A stretch of 64,000 bases of DNA from Eledone cirrhosa (taxonomy: Eukaryota): NCBI GenBank assembly GCA_964016885.1, contig OZ024740.1, positions 323,330,001 through 323,394,000 of the forward strand, read 5' to 3'. Of this stretch, positions 29,146 to 43,369 are shown piece after piece. The translations under genes and the position numbers were made by a program. Below the pieces are notes generated by a model. That model saw nothing but the letters and a program-made list of their open reading frames with translations. It had not been told where the DNA came from and did no database searches. Position 1 is the stretch's first letter, and every line of letters begins with the position of its first letter.

Positions 29146-29333
29146 GGGCGGTGGATTGGCAGTATCGGTAGAGGGTCGGACGCCATGCTTTGATGCATAG
29201 TTACGGCCCTTGCCATTCTGAGTTCAAATCCCGCCGAGGTTAACTTTGCCTTTCATCCTTATGGGGTCGATAGAATAAAGTACCAGTAATACACTGAGTA
29301 ATTGCTGGCCTTGTGACAAAAGTAGAAACAATT
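29146..29333 (+). mobile_element. tRNA-derived SINE with a Nin/Deu-like central domain
   Basis: A box tggcagtatcgg, B box gagttcaaatcc, core gcctttcatcctt.ggggtcgata.aataaagtaccagt, 3' end agtagaaacaatt. The domain assignment is recalled, not searched. Confidence 0.8.
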
Positions 29334-29479
29334 ATATATTTATGGAGACGGAATGGGTCATGTTTAAAATGCAGAAAACTCCTTGTTCGTCATGAGGGCG
29401 TCCCTAGGACTCGATCATGAGTTACTGGTTCATACACAATTGCTGTGCTTGTGGGGTATACAATATTCTTATACATGAC

Positions 29480-29512
<33 letters not shown>

Positions 29513-29619
29513 ATGTGTGTGTGTGTGTGTGTGTATGTGTGTGTATGTATGTGTGTGTGTATGTGTGTGTGTGTGTGTATGTTTGTGTAATACTTTCTAC
29601 ATTTGTCTGTTTATCTTAC

Positions 29620-30159
29620 ACTCTCTCACCATATTACCTCTCTCTCTCACCATATTACATCTCTCCCTCCCAACTTACCTCTCTCTCACCATATTACCTC
29701 TCTCTCTCACCATATTACATCTCTCCCTCCCAACTTACCTCTCTCTCACCATATTACCTCTCTCTCACCATATTACCTCTCTCTCACCATATTACCTCTC
29801 TCTCACCATATTACATCTCTCTCTCCCAACTTACCTCTCTCTCACCAACTTACCTCTCTCTCACCATATTACCTCTCTCTCACCATATTACCTCTCTCTC
29901 TCCCAACTTACCTCTCTCTCACCATATTACCTCTCTCTCACCAACTTACCTCTCTCTCACCATATTACCTCTCTCTCACCATATTACCTCTCTCTCACCA
30001 TATTACCTCTCTCTCACCATATTACCTCTCTCTCACCATATTACCTCTCTCTCTCCCAACTTACCTCTCTCTCACCATATTACCTCTCTCTCCCAACTTA
30101 CCTCTCTCTCACCATATTACCTCTCTCTCACCATATTACCTCTCTCTCACCATATTACC
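29620..30159. repeat. Minisatellite of ~19-bp units (ctctctcaccatattacct) alternating with ctcccaacttacct variants
   Basis: Directly visible tandem units. Confidence 0.92.
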
Positions 30160-31050
30160 GACGGAGAAACACGAACCTACGTCCCTTGATTTATCTGCAT
30201 GGCCACAACACCTATCTAATCTACAGAGGGGGATGAGAAGGTGTAGGAGGAGGAGGAGAAGGAGGAGGTGGGATATGATGATGATGCGGATGAGGAGGGG
30301 GAAATCAATGAAATAACAGGTTATGGTACATAATAGGGATAATGATGGCGTTGATGACATAATGGTGGATGTGAAGATGGTGGTGTTGTTGATGACAGTG
30401 GTGGTGGTGGAAGTGGTGGAAGTGGTGGAAGTGGTAATGGAGATGGTGGTGACGGTGGTGTGTGTAACAGATATTGTGACCAGATACTGTCGTGTCTTAC
30501 CAGGCGCGCGAGAGAGAGAAGTAGGAGAGAAAAAGAGGGGCCGAGAGAGAGGGGGTGAGTGTGTGAGAAAGTGGATGAAGAGAGCGGAGGTGGGGGTACG
30601 TAATAAAAAAATTTCGGGATGTCAGTATAAAGAAATGTAACAGGGAGAACTAATGAGGAGGAGAGACAGAGAAAATAATGAAAGGGATTTGTAGGAACAA
30701 TGGCGGTATTTTCTACTGGATACTAGTTATTGTCCATTTGTTGGTAGTAAAGAACAATTGTACTTTAACGAACAGCAACAACAATAACTACAATATTAAC
30801 AGATAATACACAATATAGTACAATTAGCCGATACAGTTCCCAAGATATTTTGTAAGTTTGAAAATGTGAGATTTATTTACTTTTCCTTTGTAAAGCTGCT
30901 ACAATGCATATATTAATTATAAAATAGTCGAATAAATCAAATACATTACCCTTGGAGACTGAAAAAGGTAGAAATAGATGACTCCGAGGATAGAACCATG
31001 CATGTGCCGTGTACTAGACCACCGCTCCTAAAATCATGAACAGACACCTC

Positions 31051-31500
<450 letters not shown>

Positions 31501-31513
31501 TCTATTTTGTCAG

Positions 31514-31575
<62 letters not shown>

Positions 31576-31704
31576 ATTTGCCGTCGAAACGGCTTGAGCT
31601 CAGCCGTTGGGGTCCTACTCGTTCCTGTTACCCACTCTACTACCCTAAGTATTGAGTACTTTGGTGCGTTATGGTCCACCTGGTTCCTTACCACATTTCC
31701 TTCG

Positions 31705-31749
<45 letters not shown>

Positions 31750-31759
31750 ATATTATATA

Positions 31760-31848
<89 letters not shown>

Positions 31849-32576
31849 TATGTATACGTACATACATATATGTATACAGATACAGACGTACAGTAGTATG
31901 TATATATATATACATACATGCACACACATATATATGTACGTATGGATTCACCGAACATTTATTATAATGCTCGGTGTGTTTGTAAACAAACATCCCGAAT
32001 TAAGCCGTACAGTGTCTAGCAACCATCGTTGCTCATTTGTCCAACCCTGACAAAGGAACGCTGTACTAGTTTCAAGCTTATTAGCTATCGTCAGCAACGT
32101 ATACCTTCCTGCCAGATGATTGAACGTCTGAAAGTATATACTTATATTTAAGTAACAGCCGTACTAAGAGTGAGAAATGAAATTTCGTTTCATTTTTTCC
32201 GTTTATATATATATATATATATGTGTGTCTGATTTAGCCTTAGACAATAGCTATATGTATATATGGGTAATCCATATATATATATTTATTATGTTTTAAT
32301 ATCTCTGTGTGTGCATTGATTGTGTATACATGTGGTTGTTCTTTTAAATTTCTAATTGAGTTCTTATACACGTGGTTAATACCTAACAGGTTTAATTGAC
32401 CAGCGTGTATATTGTTTTATTTTAAGATGATCTCCCTTTACCCTTTTGGGGACAGCGTGGATTTTTATTTGGGAGGACTGCTGGATTTTAATCTACCAGT
32501 CTCTTCTTAACGCTGAGGGAGACCATCACCATTCTGTTAATGTCGATATAATTCTTATAACGTTATTGATTGGGCA

Positions 32577-32700
32577 TCCACTGATGAGTTTATAAGAGCC
32601 CACTTGTGTATAAAACTATGGATTATATACAATTTTCTACTTAACCTGGAAATTATTTATCCCAAATTGTAGAAATCTTATAACGAAACGGCCGTCTGGA
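32577..32700 (+). ncRNA. Type I hammerhead ribozyme with long stem II (solo pLTR-like element)
   Basis: tcca-CTGATGA-gtttataaga...tcttataac-GAAA-cggccg-TC-tgga. Stem I tcca/tgga, stem II base gtt(t)ataaga/tcttataac, palindromic ACGGCCGT, GUC site. Confidence 0.8.
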
Positions 32701-32878
32701 AGAAATGAGATATTTATTTAATAATTTCTCATATAAAATAATACAACCAGCTATCCACGAAATACTGATTAGTTAGCACCCCAAACAATAAATTGGGATA
32801 ATACTTAGGTATATCCTAATGTTTGTTGAGTGAGATGGAGTTGGTCGGAGTATCGCTTAAGGCTTTCTCTGTTTATGT

Positions 32879-32926
<48 letters not shown>

Positions 32927-32952
32927 CTATTATATAATCTGTTATTTTAATA

Positions 32953-33027
<75 letters not shown>

Positions 33028-33042
33028 ATATATATACATATG

Positions 33043-33073
<31 letters not shown>

Positions 33074-33476
33074 TATATATATTTGTTTATTAAATAACAG
33101 ATTAAGTTTAAGCAAAGAAGATCCCGTTAAGGCTGAAAGCAGCGATTCTTTGCTTAAACTTTAATCTGTTATTTTAATCAATATTTGCTCTACGGTTTTA
33201 TATATATTTATATATATATTATCCTTATCGGGCCCTCTTCGGATTTTAGTCTTCACATTTATTATCATTACTATATATATATATATATATATATATTGGT
33301 AAACGGAAAAGAAAATGCTGACAAATTGTTCACAGTGAAAAATAGTTTAATTAGGAATAAGTGAGAATTAGTAATAAGTATTGGTTAGTATTCAGTTTTG
33401 GTTTTAAGTTTTACCGGTTGCGCATTTCTAATGATTTTCAAAAATCATTTTGAGATAGAGCGTCCGTGATGTTTGC

Positions 33477-33530
<54 letters not shown>

Positions 33531-33607
33531 CTGTATATTGTAGGTAGTACGGTGAAATACTGGTGTGGTACCAAATCAAGCACTCTATGCACAGGCAGAG
33601 TGTATAT

Positions 33608-33940
33608 AATAGAAAAAACGAGGAAGTTTCGTTTACATGTGAAAAATAATTATTGCGTTTCGCATAGAATTGGCTCAAGGTGACAAATAGGAGTTTGGAC
33701 CCGACCCCAGTATCCGTCTGCTCTTCAGATTGGTGATGCGACAAAAGATATATAAGATATATTTTTGTTGTATAATATATCTTTTGTCGCATCACCAGTC
33801 TGAGGAGCAAATCGATACTGAGTCGGGTCCATAACTCCTATGGATCACCTTGAGCCAATCCTCTGCGAAACGTGCGTAACATGTCAATACGCAATAAATA
33901 TTTGGTCATAAGTAAACGAAACTTCCTCGTTTTTTCTATT
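33608..33940. mobile_element. Inverted pLTR-like pair with degenerate hammerhead cores
   Basis: Arms agaaaaaacgaggaagtttcgtttac.../...gtaaacgaaacttcctcgttttttct. Right arm has CTGAGGA-gca...tgc-GAAA-cgtgcg-TA, left arm (minus) has CTGAAGA-gca...tgc-GAAA. Stem I is weak. Confidence 0.65.
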
Positions 33941-33958
33941 AAATAAATAAATAAATAA

Positions 33959-34035
<77 letters not shown>

Positions 34036-34039
<4 letters not shown>

Positions 34040-34530
34040 TCTTAGTCTTAGATTCTTCCGCGCCGTTTGGCGCAACGAGCAATAGGTACTCGCCAACGGT
34101 CACGATCAGTGGCAACTTTTTCGAGACCGTGCCAGGTGATGTTGGCTACCATCAGGTCCTTCCGCAACGTTCGTCGCCAGGTGATCCTTGGGCAACCCCG
34201 CCTCCGTTTACCGCCAGGCGGAGTCCAGTTTATCGCTGTTTTCCAATGCCGTTCATTTGGCAGACGCAGAATATGGCCAGCCAGACGGCACCGACGCTCC
34301 GTGACCACTCTCTGTGGCGTCCACGACCCGGCTCTCCGCAGGATCTCCTCGTTTCGCACTCGGTCGCACCAGGACACACGAAGGATCTTTCGCAGGCACC
34401 GCTGGTGGAAAGCGGTCAGCCGTCTCTCTATTTTTGCTGTACTCTTCCAGGTCTCGCCCGCATAAAGCACCGTCGGCAGCACGATGCTCTTGTATAGGTT
34501 TTCGTCACCGAAGCAAATATATTTCAAATA
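34036..34530 (-). mobile_element. 5'-truncated RTE-type LINE 3' fragment
   Basis: LYKSIVLPTVLYAGETW, FHQRCLRKILRV, GHILR, GKRRRGCPRITW. Short (ctaaga) tail next to (TA)n. Confidence 0.85.
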
Positions 34531-34923
34531 GAACAATTGTGTGTTTTATATCTGCAATACGTTCTAGAATTATTCATGAATGGAGTCATTGTGGTGATCA
34601 TGACAATTTTATAAAGTTTATCTTTACGTTAATAAATATTTTCTGAGAGATTCTGCTAAATTTTAGTTACTGTTAAATCGGCAATATTCTAGTAACATGA
34701 GAGTGTTGTGATTTCTACACAATGTCCCATATGAATCATAGGAGATTTTGTGATTGTCTTCGCTTGGTCAAGAGCACTAATTACTTAAATAAAGAGAAAC
34801 ATTGGTGTACAGGAAATCGAAGCCGTATTGCAGACTTTCGATTGACCTGGAAATTATTTATGCTTCTACGCACTTATATGAATGTGTGTGTGTGTGTGTG
34901 TGTGTGTTTGTTTGTGTGCGCGC

Positions 34924-34992
<69 letters not shown>

Positions 34993-35251
34993 TGTATTTA
35001 TACATATATATATAGAAAGAGAGGGAGTCACCCAAAAATGTATACACACTATGGTGTTAAAGTGTGTATATGGTGTTAAAGTGTGTATACGTTTTTGGGG
35101 GACATCCTATATATATATATATGAACCTCACAGAAGAGATGACAAAGGAACGCAATATGTAAAGTGGGGGGTCTACTGGAAAAGACTAATCCAGATGTAA
35201 AGAGGGTGATGATGATGATGTTAGTGATGATGATGATGAGGATACATATAC

Positions 35252-35302
<51 letters not shown>

Positions 35303-37289
35303 AATGTCTGTGTGCGTGTTTGAGTTTATGTGTGTCTCTCTATTTATATAGACTTGTTCCTCAAATGGCTACTATTAGTTTATTAATAAAATTGAGCAAA
35401 TGTTGAAGACAACGATGCCCTCACCCCGACCTAGTGCTGTGTAATAGAGTGGCTACTGTCATTGTACAATCTATTTAAGGTGTCTTATAAAACCAAAGAT
35501 TTGTTTGCTGTTGTGAACATCTATAGAAAACACGCCGTCCGATCTACGTACAGAACAAATACAAGAAAATGGAGGAACGCGACGATGGTGGAAGGAAAAC
35601 AGAAAGGAAAGAGATACAGACGATAATAAGAAAATTTTGTAACGATAGAATGGTTGAATGATATATTCACAGAACGACTAACAGAATCAGCAAAATAACT
35701 GAATGAAAAATGAATGAAGATTTGATTTAAATGAATGAGTTGAGTGGTGGTGGTGGTGGTGGTGGTGTATGAACAACAAAATGGGATGATTTCACTGTGT
35801 GTAGCTCATCGTCATAGCCAGCAGGTGCATATGTTGGTGGGTAGGTGTTTAAATAACAAACTTAGTTCATGGATTCCGACGACGTTGATGGAGGCGGAGG
35901 CGGCGGTGTCGGTGATGTTGGTGGTGGTCGTGTCACTGGCCCTGGTGGTGGTGTTGGTGGTGTAGGTCGTGGCGTCAGTGGTGATGTAGGCGGCGGCGGC
36001 GGCGGCGGCGGCGTTAGTTTTGGTGTAGGTGGTGGCTTGAACAATGGTGTAGACGGTGGCGTTAGCGATGGTGTAGACGGTGGTGGTGATAGCGGCAGTG
36101 GTTGCTACCTTCACCAAATATTCCTTTCCTATTTATTTTGGGTTGGTTCAATATTTGCCAAAATTTATCTTTGTTTATCCACGAATTCGATATGTGATCT
36201 TTTGTGACAGTTATTGATTCTTCTTCCGAACAAACATCTTTTATTCTTCGATCTGATTAAGATCTTTTGAGAAAATAACTGCCAAAATCTGTTTGCAATA
36301 AATGTCGGATCGTTACTAATATTGTTATATATTCGCTGTGTCGCTAACAATCTGTGGCAACACAGACATTATCTAAAGTACACAAACAGGGAACACATTC
36401 CCCACTCATTGCCTCCACTTCACCACCACAACACAAATAGACACCTCTCTTTCTCTTGCAAGGCAGCAGAGCCGTTAAAAAGGATCACTTCTATAGCAAT
36501 AATTCAATAATATCCTCACATTTACAGAGGATCTTAGTTAGCGGTATTCAACACTTCGCCACCAAAGCTTCCATCCATGGATAGTGTCTAAAGAAACATT
36601 TCTTAAAGCCTTATTCACCTTATATTTGGTCCTCTTCTTCTGTCCGTCTGATTAATCCATTGACCAGTGGACAGTCTGTTGTGAATGACTTCCTGTGACG
36701 TCAAAATTAAAGTCTCTTTTGTGTTACACTCACGTTTATTACAGACGAGATTTCAATGACTGTATATACTGCTACAGCTATATTGCCATCAATTCTACTT
36801 GGAATTTGTGCTATGCTTTGTATGACGTGTAATATGTGTTTTGATTGATGTATTTTATATGCATTTTATATGGTGCCTTATATATATATATATATATTTC
36901 GTACGATATGTTTTATATGTATTTTGTATGTGATATGTATCTTATATATTGTGTTTTATATGTATTTTATATAATGTATTATATGTATTTAATATGATGC
37001 ATTATATGTATTTCCTATTATGAGCTATATGTATTTTATATGGTGTATTATATTTATTTTATATGATGTATCACATGTAGTTTATATGATGTGTTCTTGT
37101 GTATTTCATATTATGAGCTATATGTATTTTATATAGTGTATTATATGTATTTTATATGATGTGTCCTATGTAGTTTATATGATGTGTTATGTGTATGTTA
37201 TATTATAATTATTATATATGGTGCTTTATGTGTATTTTATATGGTGTTCTTCTTCACACACTTTTTCTGAAGAATTTAAGCGGCAGAGT

Positions 37290-38030
37290 CCTCAATCACT
37301 CTTTGCTGTAGGTCCTCTCAGAAACAACCGTCGCTAACCGAGCCAACCAAACTCATGGTTGTTATCCAACTATCTTGCCCGGAGTCTACCGCTGAGTCAC
37401 TTGCCCGTAACATCTGCCTATCGATTTTTTCCTGGAACATTCTAACCACATACCCATAGTATCAGTGCTGTGTGTGATCTCTCAATTCGGAGAAGTTGTG
37501 GCTCTACCTGGAGCATCTCTCTCAATCTCCGAGCTACGCACTCCACCGAATAAAGTTTCTCGAAGACCCTTTGGAGGAATCCCATTTCGGCCACTTGTAT
37601 TCGCGATCGCATTCTTTCGGTCATTACCCAACATTCATGACCATAGGTAAAGGTTGGCACGAATACCGAATTGAAGATAGCATTTACACCTACCTCCTTT
37701 TGCACTTAATTTAGCTTCCTGCCTTCTATCACATGTGAACAATTTCCCGAGATATTTGAACTTCGCTAACTATTTCAGTGGAATCTACTCACATGTAGCG
37801 TGCACTGCGCAGGCTTCCTTTTGGGAGGAATGTCTCTTTCTTCGCAGCACTAATTTTCATTCGAGGAGTGTAGGACTCGGCATCAAACATAGCAAGTGCC
37901 TGTCAGTGATCACCTTCTGCCGAATAAAGGAATACCATGTCGTCTGCATATTCCATCCGTCTGATACTACACCCGCCTGTCGTGATTCCACTTCCAACCC
38001 GGCTGCGCATGTCAATCATGTTCAGATGAT
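37290..38030 (-). pseudogene. Decayed RTE-like LINE RT C-terminal fragment
   Basis: VFVPTFTYGHECWVMTERMRSRIQVAEMGFLQRV; upstream KFKYLG-like remnant. Confidence 0.7.
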
Positions 38031-38062
38031 AAGCTGTATCTATTTAACATAATGTAGTATAT

Positions 38063-38353
38063 CAGACATGGGCAAACCTTTTCGAGAATCGGGGCGCATG
38101 AGTTATGGCTCATCATCAGGCGGGCCGCAAGTGCTAATTTACATTCGTGCCCACATTTAAAAAAAGGGTGGTAACTCAGGTTGTTTTCATTTGTTTCTTC
38201 AGAATTCGTACTCGTTGTTTTCCACGATTGTAAAAATGATAGAAAGATAAATTTCGACTGAAAAGTTGGTGTAAAAAAATCAGTAAGATTTCTATCAGGT
38301 GACTTAGGCGAGCCATTCAGAAAGCTTCACGGCCCGCAGGTTGCCCATGACTG
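38063..38353. mobile_element. hAT-type MITE
   Basis: TIRs cagacatgggcaa / ttgcccatgactg; 8-bp TSD tagtatat at 38055-38062 and 38354-38361. Confidence 0.85.
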
Positions 38354-38936
38354 TAGTATATGAATTTTATGTCATGTGTTACATGTGTTTTATATGATGT
38401 CTTATGAGAGTTATATATATATTTTATACATCTCTCCCATACTATTGTGGGCGCAGAATGTCCGAATGGTTAAGAAATCATTTCGAAATAATTTGATCGT
38501 GGGGTAAGTAAATCTCTTTGTGTCTCAGCTTGGACAAGCCATTTGCCATAGCCTCGAGTCGACCCCGAAATTATGAAAATCAAGGCTGACTTCATCGCTG
38601 TTTGAACTGTTAGGGCAGAGAGCTTGAAGAAATATCATAAGACATCCTATCCGAAACTCTAACAATTCCGTTTATCAAACTTGCTGGACTTTTGTTGAAC
38701 ACGAAAGATGGAAAACAAAGATGACGGTTGCAACATTTGAACTCAGAATGCAGAGGGCCAGAATAGATACCTTATGACGTCTTGTTCACGACTACAATTG
38801 AAGCCTTCATAATCAGTTGTGACCTCATGTTCAGGGAATTAGCCCTATATCATCAACATCATCCTACTCCGCATCCTCCACCTCCACCCACTCCTCATCA
38901 GCATCATACTTATAATCGTTATCATAACCATCATTA

Positions 38937-39028
38937 CTTTGCCTTTCATTCTTACGGGGTCGATAAAATAAAGTACCAGTAATACACTGGGATAATTGCT
39001 GGCCTTGTGCCAAAAAGTAGACACAATT
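38937..39028 (+). mobile_element. SINE 3' half (same family)
   Basis: ctttgcctttcattcttacggggtcgataaaataaagtaccagt...agtagacacaatt. Confidence 0.75.
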
Positions 39029-39332
39029 ATCATAACCATCATAATCATCCTACTCCGCCTCCTCCTCCTCCTTATCATCATCACCATCATCCTCATCATC
39101 ATCATCGTCATCGTCATCACCATCCTTATCATCATCATCAGCTGCAGCAACATCCTGATTCAACTGCAGTATCAGACATCCACATCAACTCGCTGCAACT
39201 TTCATAATCAGTTGTAGTCCTGTGGTCAGGTGATTAGACGAGGCCATTTGTTGGACTTGAACACAGCATAGGGCCTTACACTCCAATGACGAGTGATAAT
39301 TCACTAATAAAACTAGCATTCATCTCTGCTAT

Positions 39333-39512
39333 AATTGTTTCTACTTTTGACAAAAGGCCAGCAATTACTCAGTTCATTACTGGTACTTTATTTTATCGAC
39401 CCCGCAAGGATGAAAGGAAAAGTTAACCTCGGCGGGATTTGAACTCAGATCGTAAAGGGATGTAACTATGCTGCAAAGCATGGCGTCCGACTGTCTACCG
39501 ATACTGCCAATT
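39333..39512 (-). mobile_element. SINE copy (same family)
   Basis: Full reverse complement including A and B boxes. Confidence 0.8.
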
Positions 39513-39763
39513 CACCTATAATGATATCTCTCACCACAGCAGCACTATACTTACTACTTGTGAACAACAAAAATAGCATTATGATAAATGATTACTAAAA
39601 GTACAATTGGTTGTCTTTTGAAAGAAGAGTATGATTCTTTTCATTCCATCTTTCTTACTGGAACAAAACATAGATACACACATACACACATACACACACG
39701 CACACACACACACACACAGAACACACACATATATATATAAATATACATATACCTACAAATACG

Positions 39764-39840
<77 letters not shown>

Positions 39841-39938
39841 GTATATATATATACACACACACACATATATATATATATTCAAACCTGCTCACTGTTTCAA
39901 AACATACTTACTTGATATATATATATATATATATACAC

Positions 39939-40457
39939 ACAATATATTAACAAATGGAAACTATATTTATAAAACCATATTTATTTCATTATACATATTT
40001 CAAGGGCCACCAGAGCAAACTATGGTGCGCTATCATCAGATGAAATATAATATAGGTTAGTTTTATAAATAAATATTGACATACCCTTAAAAAATGCAAC
40101 CATTCTGGTTGGAATCTCCTGGTTATTAGATTTATTATTGGTTTATTATGCAAATTAGTGTTGGAAAGGTTTAAAACAGTATATTTAAATGAAGCCGTTG
40201 GAATATACTGTTTTAAACCTTTCCAACACTAATTTGCATGATAAACCAATAATAAATCTAATAACTCCACTATCCAGGAGATTCCAACCAGAATGGTTGC
40301 ATTTTTTAAGGGTATGTCAATATTTATTTATAAAACTAACCTATATTATATTTTATCTGATGAAAGCGCACCATAGTTTGCTCTGGTGGCCCTTGAAATA
40401 TGTATAATGAAATAAATATGGTTTTATAAATATAGTTTCCATTTGTTAATATATTGT
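39939..40457. mobile_element. Head-to-head inverted pLTR pair (~250-bp arms, 16-bp spacer), one hammerhead per arm
   Basis: 39939-40185 is the reverse complement of 40202-40457, with a small indel. Shares GAAATATGTATA, tgacataccct and aatattaacaaa-like motifs with the Penelope 3' end at 8780-8920. Confidence 0.82.
40351..40412 (+). ncRNA. Type I hammerhead ribozyme (mirror copy at 39984-40045, minus)
   Basis: ttttat-CTGATGA-aagcgcacca..tggtggccctt-GAAA-tatgta-TA-atgaaa. The mirror copy has a perfect stem I tttcat/atgaaa. Confidence 0.8.
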
Positions 40458-40669
40458 ATATTTACTCCAATAATTTGTTGAGTGCTTTATATCAGTTATA
40501 AAAATATTTTGTTTGTTGTATCCCAATATATTAAATATAACCTCTACATATATATATATATACATATATACATTTACATAGGTATGCACTCACAGTTAAA
40601 CACACACACACACACTCACATACGCACACATATATGTATGTGTGTGTGTGTGTGTATATCTATCTATCT

Positions 40670-42883
40670 AAGAAAGGGAGAATTCCCAGTTCTTTGACCG
40701 GGGGCGTAGTCACACTAGTCAGGAAGGACGAGAATTAGGGGGATGACATAGACAACTTCCGGCCCATAACTCTGCTAAATACAGAGTTACAGATTTTAGC
40801 CAAGGTGTCGGCAAAGAGGCTGGCGCTTGTCGTCGAGAACCTGGTGGGAGAAGCACAGACATGCGCAAACCCGACCAGGTCCATACACGACAACCTCCAC
40901 CTCATGCGATACATCATAGAGAGGGTAGGGTGTAAACCCGGCTTCGATGGGGCCCTGATCAACTTGGATCAGTTTAAGGCTTTCGATAGGGTTGACCATC
41001 GTTACCTGGATTATGGTGCTCGAAGCGGCAGGCTTCGGACCCGTCTTCAGAGGCCTGGATTGCTGCAATGCACAACAGCAACATCTGCTCAAGGATCAAG
41101 GTGAACGGCTACCTCTCGGAGCCGTTCCATATCACGCGATCCATTCGACAGGGATGCCCTCTCTCCTCCCTTCTGTACGTACTGACTCTCGAGCCACTAC
41201 TGCGGAAGTTGGAGCTATTGCAGGGCATCTCTCTGGAACCGGGACTGCGGAAAGCGGCGTCGGCCTACGCCGACTACGTGACAGTAATGGTGTCGAGCGC
41301 CTCGCAAATCGAGGAAGTCGGCACCTTACTGAAGGAATACGAAAGATTCACAGGAGCGAAGCTGAACCGGGACAAGTCCAACGGTTTGCAACTCGGATCG
41401 TGGAGAGGCAAACCGATGCCTTCCGATGGCGTCGTCGGACGCTGGACGGAAGGACCGGTAAAGCTGCTCGGGGTCTGGTTTGGTCCGGACCTCCAGGTGG
41501 AGAAGAACTGGAACGAGGTGACGGCCAAGCTGTTTGCACTCACCCAGAAGTGGGCCGAGTTCAAACATCCTTGAAAGGTCGAGCGGAGGTGGCAAACACT
41601 TTTATAGCGTCCGCCATCTACTACCGCTTGACCGTCGTGCCTTGTCCAGCCAAAACGCTCACTAAAATGGAGCGCGCGCTCTTCCAATTCCTTTGGAAGA
41701 AGCGGGCTCTTTTGGTGAGAAGATCCATCTGCTGCCAACACCCTTCCAACGGAGGGCTGGCGAAGCCGTGGCTGACGATGCGCAAACAGGCGTTCAGGTT
41801 GCGGCATCTCTACGTATTCCTCACCGGACAACTGGTGTGAGCCCCGTTCGTGAAGCGAGCCTTCCCACGACTCGTCTCGCTGAGCGAGCTGCAGTACTGG
41901 ATCAAGCAAAGACCGAGGAAAATGGGCGACTGGCACATCGAATGTGCTCAGGCGCTCACAACCCTCTGGCAGGCGGACCCGGCGATCAGTGGAGACTCCA
42001 CTTCGTCATTCTGTAGAGGGTTGATCCGCAGCATGTGCGACGACGCGCTCGGTGAAACTCTAGGCGTAGAGGAAGACGAACTGGCCCGTCTGTTCGGTAG
42101 GACCTTCCGCCTGGGACCGATGGACAACTTCCAAAAGTCCCTGGCCTGGCAGTGCTACCGAGGAGCTCAACCAATTCGAGACAAGCTCTACAGACATGGG
42201 CGCCCGGGCAGGGACCCTGCAAAAAAGATCTGTCCGAGGTGCGTGCGAGACGAAGAAACCGTCGCGCATGCATTCATACACTGCCCGGGCGTCACTGACC
42301 TGTGGGGATATGTAGAACGACTATTGTCGCGGGTGGGACCAATCCGGTTGACCACCGAGTCCATTGTCATGATCAAACCGCCATCCTCCTTCAAAAACGA
42401 AGGAGAGGCAGTTTTTCTTTGTGTGATAGCTATGGCGAAAGAGGTTGTATGGTGGACAAGGTTGAAAGGGCTGAGGTCAGACACCTTTCTCTCTGGCCAA
42501 CAACTGATTCTTTTTTTCAAATACCACTTTGGAAGAAGAATCAGGATGGAGAGACAGGTGCTGTACCCCAGCAAGTTTTATGAAAGGTGGGTGAAAGTGG
42601 CGAGAATGGCCCGAGTGAATGGGCCTTCTCTCTATATCAGCCTGTAGGTTGAGGGAAAAGAGGAGGAGAGGAAAGGAGTACAAACTCTTCGTACTCCTGG
42701 AGATGAGGGTTGCACATTTTTTTTTCGGGGGTATGTGTTACCCATATGTAATGTCTCCCCCTATTGGGGAAAATCGACTAATTTTTAAATTGCATTTGTA
42801 ATATTTTACACGTTTTTATTGTATGTAAACTTCCCCCTTTGTATTTGTCCCCTTCTTTTATGCCCCTGTGGCTAATAAAGAAA
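40670..42883 (+). mobile_element. 5'-truncated, frameshifted second copy (related subfamily) of the Tx1-type LINE
   Basis: ORF fragments 40805-41104, 41068-41574 and 41850-42647 are homologous to the RT and C-terminus of 18606..22040 (YADD changed to YADY). Shared 3'UTR end. Confidence 0.92.
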
Positions 42884-42928
42884 CATATCTATCTATATAT
42901 ATATATATATATATATTTCTATATTTTC

Positions 42929-43082
<154 letters not shown>

Positions 43083-43369
43083 ATGTACATACGTACATAC
43101 ATTTACATATCTCCATATATGCATTTACATAGATAGACACTTACAGTTAAACACACACACACACACACATATATGCATACACACAAAGCTATGCACACAC
43201 CACACACATACATATACACACATTCACACAATGAAAGTCCTAGGAGGAAAACTTTGATGTTATTCACAATATTGTTGCCTCCAATATTCTTCTTGGACAG
43301 AAACCACTGCAGATAATTTAGGCTAATTTTGCCATAGAAATAAATCTATCGTTTCTAAATTATGTAGTA

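Noticed and set aside
29146-29240. tRNA gene
   Set aside because: A and B boxes belong to a multi-copy SINE head; no cloverleaf found.
35812-36207. Gly-rich ORF
   Set aside because: GGN low-complexity tract with no recognisable domain.
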